Assembly: GCA_951406725.2 (NCBI GenBank)
Contig: OX597817.1
Span: forward strand, 167,028,001-167,092,000
Origin: Octopus vulgaris
Taxonomy: Eukaryota
Length of the DNA stretch: 64,000 nucleotides
Direction: 5' to 3'
The notes under the pieces were generated by a model that was not told where the DNA came from, did not search any database, and saw nothing but the letters and a program-made list of their open reading frames with translations. The position numbers and the translations under genes were made by a program. Below are positions 40,516 to 54,677 of this stretch, in pieces (position 1 is the first letter of the stretch; every line of letters begins with the position of its first letter).

Positions 40516-40545
40516 CATATAGATAAACAGATAGATAGATAGATG

Positions 40546-40602
<57 letters not shown>

Positions 40603-40629
40603 TTAGATGGATAGATAGATAGATAGATG

Positions 40630-40728
<99 letters not shown>

Positions 40729-40736
40729 TGCATAGA

Positions 40737-40777
<41 letters not shown>

Positions 40778-40999
40778 AACACGCACGCACACGACGGACT
40801 TCTTCCAGCTCTCGTCTACCAAATATACAACGTTTTGATCGGCTCAAAGCTATAATAGGAAACACTTGTGCAACCCACCACGCATTGGGAATGAACCTGA
40901 AACCACATGGTTACAAAGCGAGGTCCTTAACCACACAGTCATACCTGCTCCTGTAAGTGTGTGTATGTGTGTGTATGTGCGTGCGCGTGTAACGGCATT

Positions 41000-41964
41000 T
41001 TAAACGGAGTACTTTGGTTAATGATATAAAGAGGTACTTACGAAGCATTACCGGACCGAGTCCTCAGAAGGAACAGGATATCCAATTCATGTATCATCAA
41101 AAAACAAAAAGAAAAATTAAAGACCGTCATTGAAAAAAATTCACGCAAAACTACTCGAGAACTGTCAAAAGAACTTCAAGTTAGCCAGAAAACTGCCTGC
41201 AACCTTTTGCTTTGCGATCGGAAAATCAAATGGGTATCACACGGTTTGAATGAAAATCAGAAAATGCTCAGATATGAAATTTGCTCGTCGCTTCTTCTCG
41301 GTAACCAGACCGTATTGTAACTTGCGATGAAAAGTGAATTCTGTACAATATTAAAAAACGTTCTTCGCAGTGGTTGGATGAAAATGATGCACCAAAAACC
41401 TTTCCTAAACCCGAGCCCTTCAAAAAGCAGGTTACGGTGACTGTTTGGTGATGTACGGCCGGACTCATCCACGATAACTTCTTAAAACCTGGTGAAATCA
41501 TTACTTCAGAAACATATTGCTATGAAATTGCCAAAATGAACGAAAAACTGCTACTCCTCCCTCCCAGACTGGTCAACAGAAGAGGGCCAATCATTCTTCA
41601 TGACAATGCTCGATCACATCTTTCACTAATGACGCTCCAGAAGTTGAGGGAACTTGGCTACGAAGTTCTTCCCCGCCACCAGCTTATTCCCAAGACCTTT
41701 CTCCTACTGACCGCCACTTTTTGAAGTACCTTGATGGTTTCCTGCGAGAGGAGTTCAAGAATTAAACCGATGCTGAAAGTGCGTTCAAAGAGTTCATCAG
41801 CTCCAGAACTCCAGATTTTTATGTTACCGGAATAAACAAACTTGTAACTCATTGGCAAAAATGTGTTGATTGTAATGGTACTTTGATGAATGAAATTTCC
41901 GCATTGTTGAAATATATTGTGATGAATTTCATGTTTCAAAACTTAGCGTACTTTTTTATTCAGC

Positions 41965-41968
<4 letters not shown>
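41000..41968 (+). mobile_element. Mariner (DD34D-type) transposase relic
   Basis: IVTCDEK, IILHDNARSH and degenerate YSPDL-P-D-HF motifs. Multiple stops. The right end abuts (TA)n. Confidence 0.88.
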
Positions 41969-42011
<43 letters not shown>

Positions 42012-42093
42012 GTGTGTGTATATGTCCGTAAATATGAGAGAATTAACGTTATCATTAAATTAATATCTAATTTTTCACCCTCATTTTTGAATG

Positions 42094-42127
<34 letters not shown>

Positions 42128-42232
42128 TGTATGTATGTATGTATGTATGTATGTATTTGGGGTACATAATTGTGCTCATGACTTAGTGTTTTGCTTCTTC
42201 CATGGGTATGAGTAAGTATTTCATTTATTTCT

Positions 42233-42292
42233 TTGCCACTGACGAAGGGAGGGTTCTTACGAACTAACCCTGAAATCGGTCCGATATGGTAA
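42233..42292 (+). ncRNA. Type I hammerhead ribozyme
   Basis: TTGCCA-CTGACGA-AGGGagggttcttacgaactaaCCCT-GAAA-TCGGtCCGA-T-A-TGGTAA. 6-bp helix I with one G-U pair, AUA triplet. Confidence 0.75.
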
Positions 42293-42518
42293 TAATGGAA
42301 TTTTTTTAGAAATTTCTGTCGGCTTTTTTTCGTGTAGCGTGCGTATTGTGAAAAATTATATGGTTAAGGACAACATGTCCAATTTTCGGCATATTTGGCA
42401 TTAGAAATTTTTTCGTTTGCCCTTATTTATAAGTTGTTTATAATTTTAACCGTTAAAGGTATTCTTTTAATATGCTGGCCATTGATAAAATGTTTTTCGA
42501 AAAAATTTTATCCAACAT

Positions 42519-42753
<235 letters not shown>

Positions 42754-43016
42754 CATGTAACTCCCAATAGATTTGTTGAGTGCCCTTCTTTCGTTTGTCC
42801 CCTCACTCGTGTATATATATGCGTATACGTGTGTGTGTGTGAGGTATATTTGCCACTTAAATGTGGCTAACCACTACGAGTGGATGCTACTGTAGCTTGT
42901 AGCCCCAGGAGAACATCTTCTCCAGCTGGCTATTGACACACTTTCTGTGCCCTATCAGTATTTGCAAAGGGAAGCCATCCTTCACATCGTCGACCTGACG
43001 TGATACGCATAAACCC

Positions 43017-43116
<100 letters not shown>

Positions 43117-43274
43117 CTATCAGAAAGGAACTCTATCTCTCTTAACAAATGTGCAACCGGTAAAAAGAACTTTCACCTAATTAAATACACTCTCCCTTAC
43201 TTAAATTATTTTGTCAGCATTTTCTTCATTTCCTTTTTTTATATATCACAACTCGTGTTCCACATCTCCTTTTT

Positions 43275-43376
<102 letters not shown>

Positions 43377-43843
43377 TATATTATTATATGACTGAACGCA
43401 ACGCATCCTCTTCCAAGTAAGTTTTATCTTAATAATTCTGATGCAGACTCTATGCGATCTTCTTACTCTTTCATTTTTCTCTCTTTTTCTCTCTCTTATT
43501 CTTTTACCTCCTCTTCTCCCACTATTCTATCCTATTACCCTTTCACTCTCTCTCTCCCTCACTCCTCTTTCCTTGCTCACGTGGCTCCCACATGACCATC
43601 AGCCTTCTTTCTTTTTTCTCTCTCTTTCTTTCTTTATGCTGTTTGTTTTGTTTTCCATTTGTGTCTTACGTTGTTCGAAAGAATAGTTCATGTTTCTTGT
43701 ATTCGTCCTTTTTTTGTACACCTTTCGTAACGTCCTGTACCCACATATGTATATATGTATACGTATAGATTTACCTATGGACATATACGTATGTATATAT
43801 GTATATATATATATACACATAGAATGTGTGTGTGTGTTCAGTG

Positions 43844-43893
<50 letters not shown>

Positions 43894-43934
43894 ACACATA
43901 CACGTACCACCAACACACATACACATAGTAATAA

Positions 43935-44150
43935 TCTTTTTTACTTTAGGCAGAAGGCCTGAAATTGTGGGGAGAGGAGTAGTCGATTTCATCGAACCCA
44001 GGGTTTCAGTGGTACGTAATTTATCGACCCCGAAATTATGAAAGGCAAAATCGAACTCGGCGGAATTTGAACTCAGAACTTAGTGACAGACGAAATACCA
44101 CTAAGCATTTTGATTGGCTTGCTAACGATTCTGCCAGCTCACCGCCTTTA
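43935..44150 (-). mobile_element. SINE family B, diverged monomer
   Basis: Family B head and central domain. Confidence 0.8.
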
Positions 44151-44606
44151 TACATATAATAATAATAATTCTTTCTACAAAACGGAGAAGACCTCATAGT
44201 AATAATGATAATCTATGGATGGTTTTTATAAATATTTTAACGAATCGCTACGAATCGCAACATGTTTCAGTACATATCACGGGATGATTACAGTACGATC
44301 CGTAGTATCCATGGAGAACGGGTGGATCATAGATCATGCGTTCATTACATCAGGCCATCCTACGTTATATACGCACAGCTCTGCACAACTCCATAATACT
44401 GGTATTGCAAGATAATACCATTAGTCTGTAGCCGACATAATATAATAGAAGCTTTTGTATGCCCACTCAAAAATGTTTCCCTTAAACGCGCTTAAAGGAT
44501 AAGGCTATTGACATACATATTACATCAATTATACATTGATATAAACTGTCTAATAAAGCCAGAAACATATGTACCGCTAAATCCTTTGAATCCTGTGTTT
44601 CTTTTG

Positions 44607-44748
<142 letters not shown>

Positions 44749-44900
44749 AATATGAGAGAAAATCCACTATGTGGACGCTCTTACGCTAAAAATAGATCCG
44801 CAATGGTCTCAACCACTAAGAATTGTTCTCAAGAAATATTTAGCACAACTATGGACGTAAGCGAGCAGGACAAATGAAAAATAACAAAAATATAGATTAA

Positions 44901-44974
44901 CTCCAGACAATTGTTTCACTGTTAATAAATTAAGCAATTTTACTTACACAATAAATCTAAAGATCATCAGTGAG
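44901..44974 (-). ncRNA. Type I hammerhead motif
   Basis: CTCA-CTGATGA-...-GAAAC-AATT-GT-C-TGGAG. Palindromic helix III ACAATTGT. Lies between ~42-bp direct repeats at 44745 and 45280. Confidence 0.7.
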
Positions 44975-46039
44975 ATTTGTCATGAAATATAATTTGTCGA
45001 ACTGCACGCCAGATATTAACACGAAGTCAAAAACACGAGTAGTTCGGCCTATTATATTCGCAGTTATGTTCAAATGCCCTCGTTCGAGCGCGCCAAAATT
45101 GCCGGAAATAAATACTGCATAAATAATTTACTGTAGTAGTTAGTGCCGGTTTGAGAACAAATTAATTTATAATTAAAATCAAAATAAGGGTGAAAAAATT
45201 TGATAACATCAATTTGATAACATCAATTTAACATCAAGTGGTTTAGCGCATAAAAAACTGAGATTCAGTAAATATTAATACACAAATATGAGAGAGAATC
45301 TACTATGTGGACGCTCTTACGCATTTTTCAACATTTCCAGTATTGTATCCATTTCTAAGGATAGATTTTGCTTCATCAAATACAAACCCACGTATGGAGC
45401 TAGACATAACTTTGAAAACACAGTTTTCCAAAATATTTGAAGTGAATGCAACTACAAAATGGAAAACAAATGTCGTAATTTAAGTATGAAGTATTAAAAA
45501 ACATTAGCCTTGAGCAACTTTCACTATTTTCAATCTAACAAGTTTTAAATGCCATTTAAAAGTAGATTATGTCCTTTAATCGATTAGATGTTAATAAACA
45601 ACACATTTCTGTGGTCCTTGACGTTATACAAGTCTCATATTTGTGAAATTTGTCTGCATATATGCCCATGGTGAGCTTGATTTGCTGTGCTTATAAACAA
45701 CTGGTTATCGATGATAGATGATTATCATCGAAAACCAGGTGAAATATGTTTTGTTGAACCTCTCATTATTTTATATGAAAATTGATATTTTGAATGCACC
45801 ATTAATGTTTTAATTGTCAATCACCCCGGTCATGGTCACTTTTGTGAAGAAATCTCAAAGACCTGTAGGAAGAACTTCGTGGCAAGTTTGCTCTTTGTGG
45901 AACTTTGCCGTCACAAATCTGCATTTGCTTATTTTATGACTGTTGACATTCTGAGCATATTTCTTCTGGGAAACAACTACCTTGAATATATGCTTTGTAT
46001 TACAGAAATATGGCTAGAGAAGAGAATGCAAAAACAGCC

Positions 46040-47640
46040 ACGATGTTTTTTGTTGTTTTTTTTTTTTTGTTTTTTTGGTGGATGTTACACTTTACCTACC
46101 AGGCGAAACAAAATCACAGATTTTCTGAAGAAAGTATAGCTTACTTACTTTGGCATGGAACTGGATGATAATGACAGAACCTAGGCATCACATATAATGT
46201 GTAAACGTGTTGAAACACTGAGACGGCGACATAAGCAGACTGTTTCCAGCTTCGTGCTATGAGAAAATTACGGTTGATGTATTTCACTCATTAGGACGGC
46301 TACTGCAAGACAAGCAATTTTCAGAGACTATGTCTGAAGTTGGTAAAGAAACATGGAATGCTTTTGCTGTAGTTGTTTCTGATATCCTGGGAAATGGAAA
46401 GTCATCAGATAATGAAGAATTTGTGCAGACCCTGTTAAATATATATTTCTTTACTACCCACAAGGGTCTAAATACAGAGGGGACAAACAAGGACAGACAA
46501 ACGGATTAAGTCGATTACATCGACCCCAATGCGTAACTGGTACTTAATTTATCGACCCCAAAAGGATGAAAGGCAAAGTCGACCTCGACGGAATTTGAAC
46601 TCAGAACGTAACGGCAGACGAAATACCTATTTCTTTACTACCCACAAGGGGCTAAACACAGAGGGGACAAACAAGGACAGACAAACGGATTAAGTCGATT
46701 ACATCGATCCCAGTGCGTAACTGGTACTTAATTTATCGACCCCAAAAGGATGAAAGGCAAAGTCGACCTCGACGGAATTTGAACTCAGAACGTAACGGCA
46801 GACGAAATACCTATTTCTTTACTACCCACAAGGGGCTAAACACAGAGGGGACAAACAAGGACAGACAAACGGATTAAGTCGATTACATCGATCCCAGTGC
46901 GTAACTGGTACTTAATTTATCGACCCCAAAAGGATGAAAGGCAAAGTCGACCTCGACGGAATTTGAACTCAGAACGTAACGGCAGACGAAATACCTATTT
47001 CTTTACTACCCACAAGGGGCTAAACACAGAGGGGACAAACAAGGACAGACAAACGGATTAAGTCGATTACATCGATCCCAGTGCGTAACCGGTACTTAAT
47101 TTATCGACCCCGAAAGGATGAAAGGCAAAGTCGACCTCGACGGTATTTGAACTCAGAACGTAACGGCAGACGAAATACCTATTTCTTTACTACCCACAAG
47201 GGGCTAAACACAGAGAGGACAAACAAGGACAGACAAACGGATTAAGTCGATTACATCGATCCCAGTGCGTAACTGGTACTTATTTAATCGACCCCGAAAG
47301 GATGAAAGGCAAAGTCGACCACGACGGAATTTGAACTCAGAACGTAACGGCAGACGAAATACGGCTACGCATTTCGCCCGGCGTGCTAACGTTTCTGCCA
47401 GCTCGCCGCCTTTGTAAATATATTTTCGAACAATGGGTTTCTCCATAGGTGTAAAAGTGTATTTCCTGCACAGTCGTCTAGACTACTTCACTGAAAATCA
47501 AAGTGAAATAAGTATTAAGTGATGAGCAAGGCGAAAGTTTCCACCAGGACATGGAGACCATGAAGACCAGTTACCAAAGCAGGTGGAACACAAACATCAT
47601 GACTACTGCTGGCCTCTGCAAAGAGACTGTCGTGGGGCAG
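46040..47640 (+). mobile_element. Chapaev3-like (CMC superfamily) transposase relic, internally deleted
   Basis: GCYTLPTRRNKITDFLKKV*LTYFGMELDDNDRT*ASHIMCK; WNAFAVVVSDILGNGK; KVYFLHSRLDYFTEN...DEQGESFHQDMETMKTSYQSRW. Confidence 0.75.
46445..47413 (-). mobile_element. SINE family B array: one head plus five 184-bp units
   Basis: AAATAC anchor recurs at 46621, 46805, 46989, 47173 and 47357. Confidence 0.95.
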
Positions 47641-47733
47641 TCCTTGGGTAGCTGAAACCCCCAGTTTGAAAGAAATATCTATCCTTAGATGTGTACTTTA
47701 ACATTACGTGAAATATATTTATTGAACAACAAA

Positions 47734-48150
47734 AGGGCGGCGAGCTGGCAGAAACGTTAGCACGCCGGGCGAAATGCGTAGCCGTATTTCATCTGCCGTT
47801 ACGTTCTGAGTTCAAATTCCGCCGAGGTCGACTTTGCCTTTCATCCTTTTGGGGTCGATAAATTAAGTACCAGTTACGCACTGGGATCGATGAAATCGAC
47901 TTAATCCGTTTGTCTGTCCTTGTTTGTCCCCTCTGTGTTTAGCCCCTTGTGGGTAGTAAAGAAATAGGTATTTCGTCTGCCGTTACGTTCTGAGTTCAAA
48001 TTCTGCCGAGGTCGACTTTGCCTTTCATCCTTTTGGGGTCGATAAATTAAGTACCAGTTACGCACTGGGGTCGATGTAATCGACTTAATCCGTTTTTCTG
48101 TCCTTGTTTGTCCCCTCTGTGTGTAGCCCCTTGTGGGTAGTAAAGAAATA
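47734..48150 (+). mobile_element. SINE family B dimer
   Basis: Head plus two units; imperfect TSD ATATTTATT..CAA.AAAA. Confidence 0.92.
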
Positions 48151-48931
48151 TATATTTATTAATCAATAAAAAGTACTATTTGGTTAGTGTTAGTTCTTTT
48201 ATTTCGGTATGGCATTTAATGACAAAATGGACATTTTTTGGTAAAAAATAAAATGAATTCCTGTTTAACGAAAACCTTGATGTTATAGAAATTACCATCA
48301 CTATTACCATCCAATAAGGTAGGACAAGTCGTGGAAAGCAAGACAACAAACAATTTTACTGAAAATAAACCTGATATTGATTTTAAGGGAAATAACTCTA
48401 GAGTTATTATAGGAGGAGTTATGGGTATTGTTGTTTAGGTTGAGTTTCGCAGTCACTGAGAGGACTTAAAATGTTCGTGTCAAATTTGACCTAGCCATCT
48501 CGCTGCCATTACATATCTAGGTTTTCATTATTCATTTCTTCGTTGTCATTAGTGTAATTTGAGAGACAAGTGGTAGTTATTTCTAACCACCTGGAGGTAA
48601 CGTTGTTTGTTGACTCGGAACAGCAGTTTTAGCAATAATAACATCTAGTATTATTCTTTAGCGCCAGGCTTTGAGAAGAGGTGTTTGAAAGGAACCTTCC
48701 AAACAGAATCCGGCGTAGAAGTGAAAGTGAAAAGGTGGAAAATTTGTCGCAGGAGTACTGCTAATACAGTGTGCGCTTGCAGAGTTAATTCCAAAGTTGG
48801 TAGGAATCTTATTAAAAAGAGTGTGGAAGGGTCTGTTTTCTAGGCAGGAAATCTTGCAATCTAGAATAAACAAGGAAAACTTCAACCTACAGATGATAGC
48901 CATTTTGGCGCTGTAAAGGTTCTGTAGACTT

Positions 48932-49002
<71 letters not shown>

Positions 49003-49211
49003 TTACGTATCAAATGAAATAAAATGAAAAACAGGACACAAAATAAAGATAAAATGAGGTAAAGATAAAAATATATCTTTTTATCTTTTTAACTTTACCT
49101 CATTTTATCTTTATTTTGTACTCGGTTTACCTACCATTATAAACAATACCAAATGTTTTTTCTCAAACCTTTCATAATGCGATACAAGTCTTTGGTGTAG
49201 CAATTGCATAT

Positions 49212-49300
49212 GGCTGAAGACAGCTTTTGAACTATCTGTTATGTCGATTATGCATTGATGTAAGAATAAGTTGCTCTATAAAGCTCGAAACATATGTACC
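49212..49300 (+). ncRNA. Type I hammerhead motif, slightly decayed
   Basis: GG-CTGAAGA-cAGCTTT...AAAGCTc-GAAAC-ATAT-GT-A-CC. Palindromic helix III ACATATGT. Nested inverted repeats at 49011-49341. Decayed relative at ~44490-44600. Confidence 0.65.
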
Positions 49301-49425
49301 GCGACATCCTTTGTGTCCTGTTTTTCATTTTATTTCATTTGAACTAGCTGGCATATACAGGTGCTTACATTTATCAAGTATTCACCCTGAATTTATTGTG
49401 TGTATGTATATATATATATAAATAC

Positions 49426-49479
<54 letters not shown>

Positions 49480-49497
49480 AAATGTATGTATATATAT

Positions 49498-49908
49498 ACT
49501 CTTTACTCTTTTACTCTTTTACTTGTTTCAGTCATTTGACTGCGGCCATGCTGGAGCACCGCCTTTAATCGAGCAACTCGACCCCGGGACTTATTCTTTT
49601 TGTAAGCCCAGTACTTATTCTATTGGTCTCTTTTGCCGAACCGCTAAGTAACGGGGACATAAACACACCAGCATAGGTTGTCAAACAATGCTAGGGGGAC
49701 AAACACAGACGCACAAACACACACACGCATATATATATATACATATATACGACGGGCTTCTTTTCAGTTTCCGTCTACCAAATCCACTCACAAGGCTTTG
49801 GTCGGCCCGAGGCTATAGCAGAAGACACTTGCCCAAGATGCCACGCAGTGGGACTGAACCCAGAACCATGTGGTTGGTAAACAAGCTACTTACCACACAG
49901 CCACTCCT
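49498..49908 (-). mobile_element. SINE family A, full length
   Basis: Consensus match. Confidence 0.92.
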
Positions 49909-49909
49909 A

Positions 49910-49999
<90 letters not shown>

Positions 50000-50518
50000 T
50001 GTGTGTATGTATGTATGTAGTGAGAATTTACAAAAAAAACAAAACAACGAAGACGGGCGTGTAAACAACAAACAGATTTATTAGTTTAACGCTCGGGAAA
50101 TGTATATATATGCATGTATGTATATATATTATATGTATATATATATGTATATATACATATGTGCATGTATGTGTGTGTGTATAAATATATACATATATAT
50201 ATATACTCTTCACTCTTTTACTTGTTTCAGTCATTTATATATATATACATGCATCCATCCATCCATCCATCCATCCATCCATCCATCCATCCACTCATAC
50301 ATACATACATACATACATACATACATACATACATACATACATACATACATAATATTTTTATAAACAAACCCGATAGGCTTTGCGAGTTACGGAGAGAGAG
50401 CTATTATGGAAGGTCATTTGTTTATATTTAACAATCCTCGCTTTAAAATCAGAGAATAAATTTCATTATGATATATATATAAATCGAGTTTAACGCAGGT
50501 ATAAATCAGATACTTTTA

Positions 50519-50603
50519 CTTTTGACACATGTTTCGAAGATTTCACTGATATTATTCAAAAGACTAAATGGTATAAAACAATGCAATCTTCTCTTCAGGG
50601 AAG
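50519..50603 (-). ncRNA. Type I hammerhead motif with mismatched helix I
   Basis: CTTCC-CTGAAGA-GAAGATT...AATCTTC-GAAAC-ATGT-GT-C-AAAAG. Lies 3' of, and on the same strand as, a GIY-YIG remnant. Confidence 0.65.
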
Positions 50604-50809
50604 TGAAAAAACAAAACTCGTCAATAACACATTTTAACAGAAAATGATGAATATGTATAGTGATTTACTGAACGCTATTAAAATTGTTTGAAAAAATGTT
50701 ATATGATATAACGTCAGAAGTAGCCTATAGAAAGAGGAGGGATATTTATAGTGAATGTTAAATATAAAAGAAAATGAATGTTTAAATTATATATAATGAT
50801 AGAGATTAC

Positions 50810-51182
50810 TTATATGAACTAAAGGTGTGTTTTTGCCAATGTTTACATCGGTATGCATGTTCTATAACCGTGTTTACTAGGGGATTTTTAGAAAAAATAA
50901 TGAAAAATAGTTCAGAATTATAGAGAAGACAGAATTCCTTGCCTTTGTCATAAGGTAACGAGATTGAGAGAATCAACCATTCTAAATTAAATAGTTCATT
51001 GTTGTCTTTTAGATCCCAAATTAATTTACTGAGTCCAGTACTGTTACGTTTATTCCTATCCCTAAATGTTGAGTAATGGATAGAAATTCTTTTAGATAAC
51101 TCTAACGACGTGTTTCCAATGTAAAATCGTACTTTATTATGTGTATTGACTATACACTGGTATACAGAATTTTTGATTTTAG
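50810..51182 (-). mobile_element. Penelope-like element (Naiad-type) GIY-YIG remnant, absent from the ORF track
   Basis: KNSVYQCIVNTHNKVRFYIGNTSLELSKRISIHYSTF...STGLSKLIWDLK...LEWLIL...PY...FCLL...E...LVN...RCKH. Short inversion at the 5' end (51204-51232 / 51359-51390). Confidence 0.85.
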
Positions 51183-51825
51183 AATTACATTACATAAACT
51201 TAATTCTGTTGGAACTGACTTCAGATACAATAAAAAATACAACACAAAAAATCTCTTACATATTATCTCTTCACGTAATAACAAACTTTTAAATATTAAT
51301 ACATTCACTAATACTAACATTAATTTAGCTAATCCCTCTAGAAATATTAATAACAAGGTTATTGTATCTGAAGTCAATTCCAACGAGCATTTCTGGAAAT
51401 ATAAAGAAGAATTCATCAGGAAGTACGCAAAAAAAAAAAAATGATATTCCAACCCCCTCAAACCCAAAAAATAATGGAATTCTGTCCTTTTTTATATATA
51501 TAAAACACATATATATACATGTATATGTATATGTATATATATATATATCCAAATAGAAGTGGATGACACCTACTCTTTCAATTATTTGATCGTTGAAGAG
51601 AAGTATAACCCTCTGAGGTAAACTACCATTTCACTAACCACTCTCCCCTACACTGTACATGTGAACTTAAATACTTGAGTAGTGTAGATACTAGATCAAC
51701 GAACTAAAGGGTAAAATTTATATTACAAAAAAATATTTTAATAATAAATTAAGCTGATTAGAACTACCAGTGAAATCATTCTTTTTCTTTTTTCAAATAT
51801 ATATATATATACATATATGTATATA

Positions 51826-52021
51826 TAATTATTGCGACTTTTTTTCAATAAATGTTATTCAACAAAAATTTTAAACAAGGCGCCAATTTAAACAAAACGC
51901 CAAGCAGAAATTGAAGTAGATAGTGAATACGCTCCGGAATAATCATTTAGAGATGCTTTTGTTAAATGTTGTTATTGTTTGTGTTGAATAAAATTTATTG
52001 AAAAAAAGCCGCAATGATTAT
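51826..52021. mobile_element. MITE-like element with ~40-bp imperfect TIRs
   Basis: ATAATTATTGCGACTTTTTTTCAATAAATGTTATTCAACA / TGTTGAATAAAATTTATTGAAAAAAAGCCGCAATGATTAT. Confidence 0.7.
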
Positions 52022-52609
52022 ACACCAACCTATTTATAGATCCAAGCACTCATAAGCACACACACACACGCAGGCACGTACAGCACACATACACACACAT
52101 ACATATATATACATATAATATACATACCTATTTACACAAACATGCATACATACATACGTATATGTTTGTATATAATAAATACTTGTACATCTAAATATTT
52201 GTATACGACTTGACTTCATTTGAAACTACATTCCATTGAAAACAAATCATTTTCTTCAACGAGATATATCAAATGGAATCTATTACGAAATCGCAATGTA
52301 CGTAAGTGGGTCAGGTAACTATTAAGTCATGTATCACATGAGCATTATATAAGTATTATATCTTAGGTATTTGCAATAGATGACAGATCACAGAGCGGTT
52401 GTGTTTCTCCTGCGAGAAAGACGTTGTTGAAGGTATGTCTGATTATTTGATGAATTTTCATTTATTTTCACCGATTTGTCTTACTTATGTTTTACTGCAA
52501 TACAATATCAAAAGTAGAATATTCTAAGTACACAAACGTAACATACAGACACATAGATACCACTCGAGTAGGTAAATACATACATACATACATACATACA
52601 TACATACAC

Positions 52610-52681
<72 letters not shown>

Positions 52682-52847
52682 GCCGCAGTCAAATGACTGA
52701 AACAAGTAAAATAATAAAAGAATATAATATAAATAATATGATACAACATAATATATTGATTTCAAATTTAAGCAAACCAAAACCTTATGAAAGGATTTGG
52801 TTGACAGAAACTGAAAGAAGTTTGTCTCACTCACACATTTATTTAAG

Positions 52848-52903
<56 letters not shown>

Positions 52904-52927
52904 TACACACATATATATATATACATA

Positions 52928-54450
52928 CAGGGTGATTCGAAAGTCGCCATACATAGGAATAATCTATTTTTTATAAGAAACAGTTTTTAAGAATATATTT
53001 CGTTTTTGTATTTGGTTTGCAAGATTCTTTATATGAGTTCGTGTGTTGAAGCATATTCTGTTGTGTCTGGGGAGAGTCATTCTCTTTTAGTGCCTCATAA
53101 TTTAACACACTCACCGGCAAAATTTCCACTTATTTCTTATTTTTATTTTCCTAGAATTTTCGTTGCATCTTGCAACCTTTTTAATAGTCTTGAAAATTAA
53201 TTATATAAGAATAGTTTTTGTTTATTTAATACACTCTCTATTGTTACCATTGCTTTGAATACGCATAACAAAACATTTACTCCACTCATTGTGAACTCGT
53301 AATAGCACATCTGGTGATACGTTACTTCAAATGATTTGTCTTTTATCTTTTCGCGATACACCATGCCTTTCAAATGCCCCCCAAAGATATAAATCAAGAG
53401 GGGTCAGATCCAGGGATTTTGGAGGCAACTCAGCTGGTCCACGCCTACCAATCCAGGCATCTGGAAATGTCTGATCTGATCTGATCCAACCACTGATGCA
53501 CTTGAATAGCATAATGATGTGGGGCTCCATCTTCTTGGAGGTAAATTGGAAAGTTACCGTCCTCGTTTAGCAGTGATAGGAAAATTTCTTCTTGCAACAT
53601 GTTGAGATACTTTTCGGCATTAAGATTTCCATTAACAAAAATTGGACCAATGATTTTGTTACCCCATATCCCAACCCAAACCATCACTTTACCAGCACCT
53701 TCCATTTTCGTTGCACTCATCCAGTGAGGGTTATCATTGCTCCAGTAAGGCATGTTTTGGCTATTAACCTCTCCAGTGACACAAAAGTTAGCTTCGTCAG
53801 TAAACAGGATCTTAGTTGAAAAGACTGCACCATCATTCAATTTCATTGATGCCCATTCACAAAATTCCAGTTGTCTATCTGGATCATCTTCACTCATATG
53901 CTGTAGCATCAGCAGTTTGTACGGATGCCACTTATTTGATTTTAAAATGCACGTGATACTTGGTTGAGTGACCCCAATTTCAGCCACCAATCTTCGTGTA
54001 CTTCTACAGGGGTTCCGTGTTATTGATGCGAGGAACCTAACTGTTGTGTTTTCATCTGTTGCTGTACTTGTTCCACCACATCTTCTTTGATCTTCAACAG
54101 ATCCATTTTTTTTAAAAACTTTATCATAACTTTTGCAACGGTATCGTGTGTTATGTTGGTTCCATGTTTTCTATTAAATCCTGCTGCAATCTTGCGACTG
54201 CTTCCAGAGATGGCCATCACTATGATTTCAATTCGTTGTTCTTTTTGTAAATGACAGTTTTTGGGTGTCTGAAAATTAAAAAAAAGTAACAAGTTAAAAA
54301 ATGAGTGGTATAAACGTATTTCAATGTGTATTCGAAACAATGCTAACCATATAGAGCCTGTTAAATAAAACAAAAAACTGTTCTTATAAACTGTTTCTTA
54401 TAAAAACAAAATTCATTTTTCCTATGTATGGTGACTTTTGATTCACCCTG
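52928..54450 (-). mobile_element. Full-span Tc1/mariner-superfamily element, decayed transposase, both TIRs and TA TSDs
   Basis: TIRs CAGGGTGATTCGAAAGTCGCCATACATAGGAA / TTCCTATGTATGGTGACTTTTGATTCACCCTG. Motifs ILFTDEANF, VMVWVGI, QEDGAPHH, PPKSLDLTPLDLYLWG. A nested fragment at ~53005-53190 is homologous to 58120-58270. Confidence 0.92.
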
Positions 54451-54542
<92 letters not shown>

Positions 54543-54677
54543 CACATTTTATCAATTCAAAAGGAACATTTAAATTACACCATCGAGAAAATTACATATA
54601 ATAGAAATATCAAATATAAAATAACAATAATTAAGTAATGTGCAAAATAATAAATAAAACATATATATTTAGCAGAA

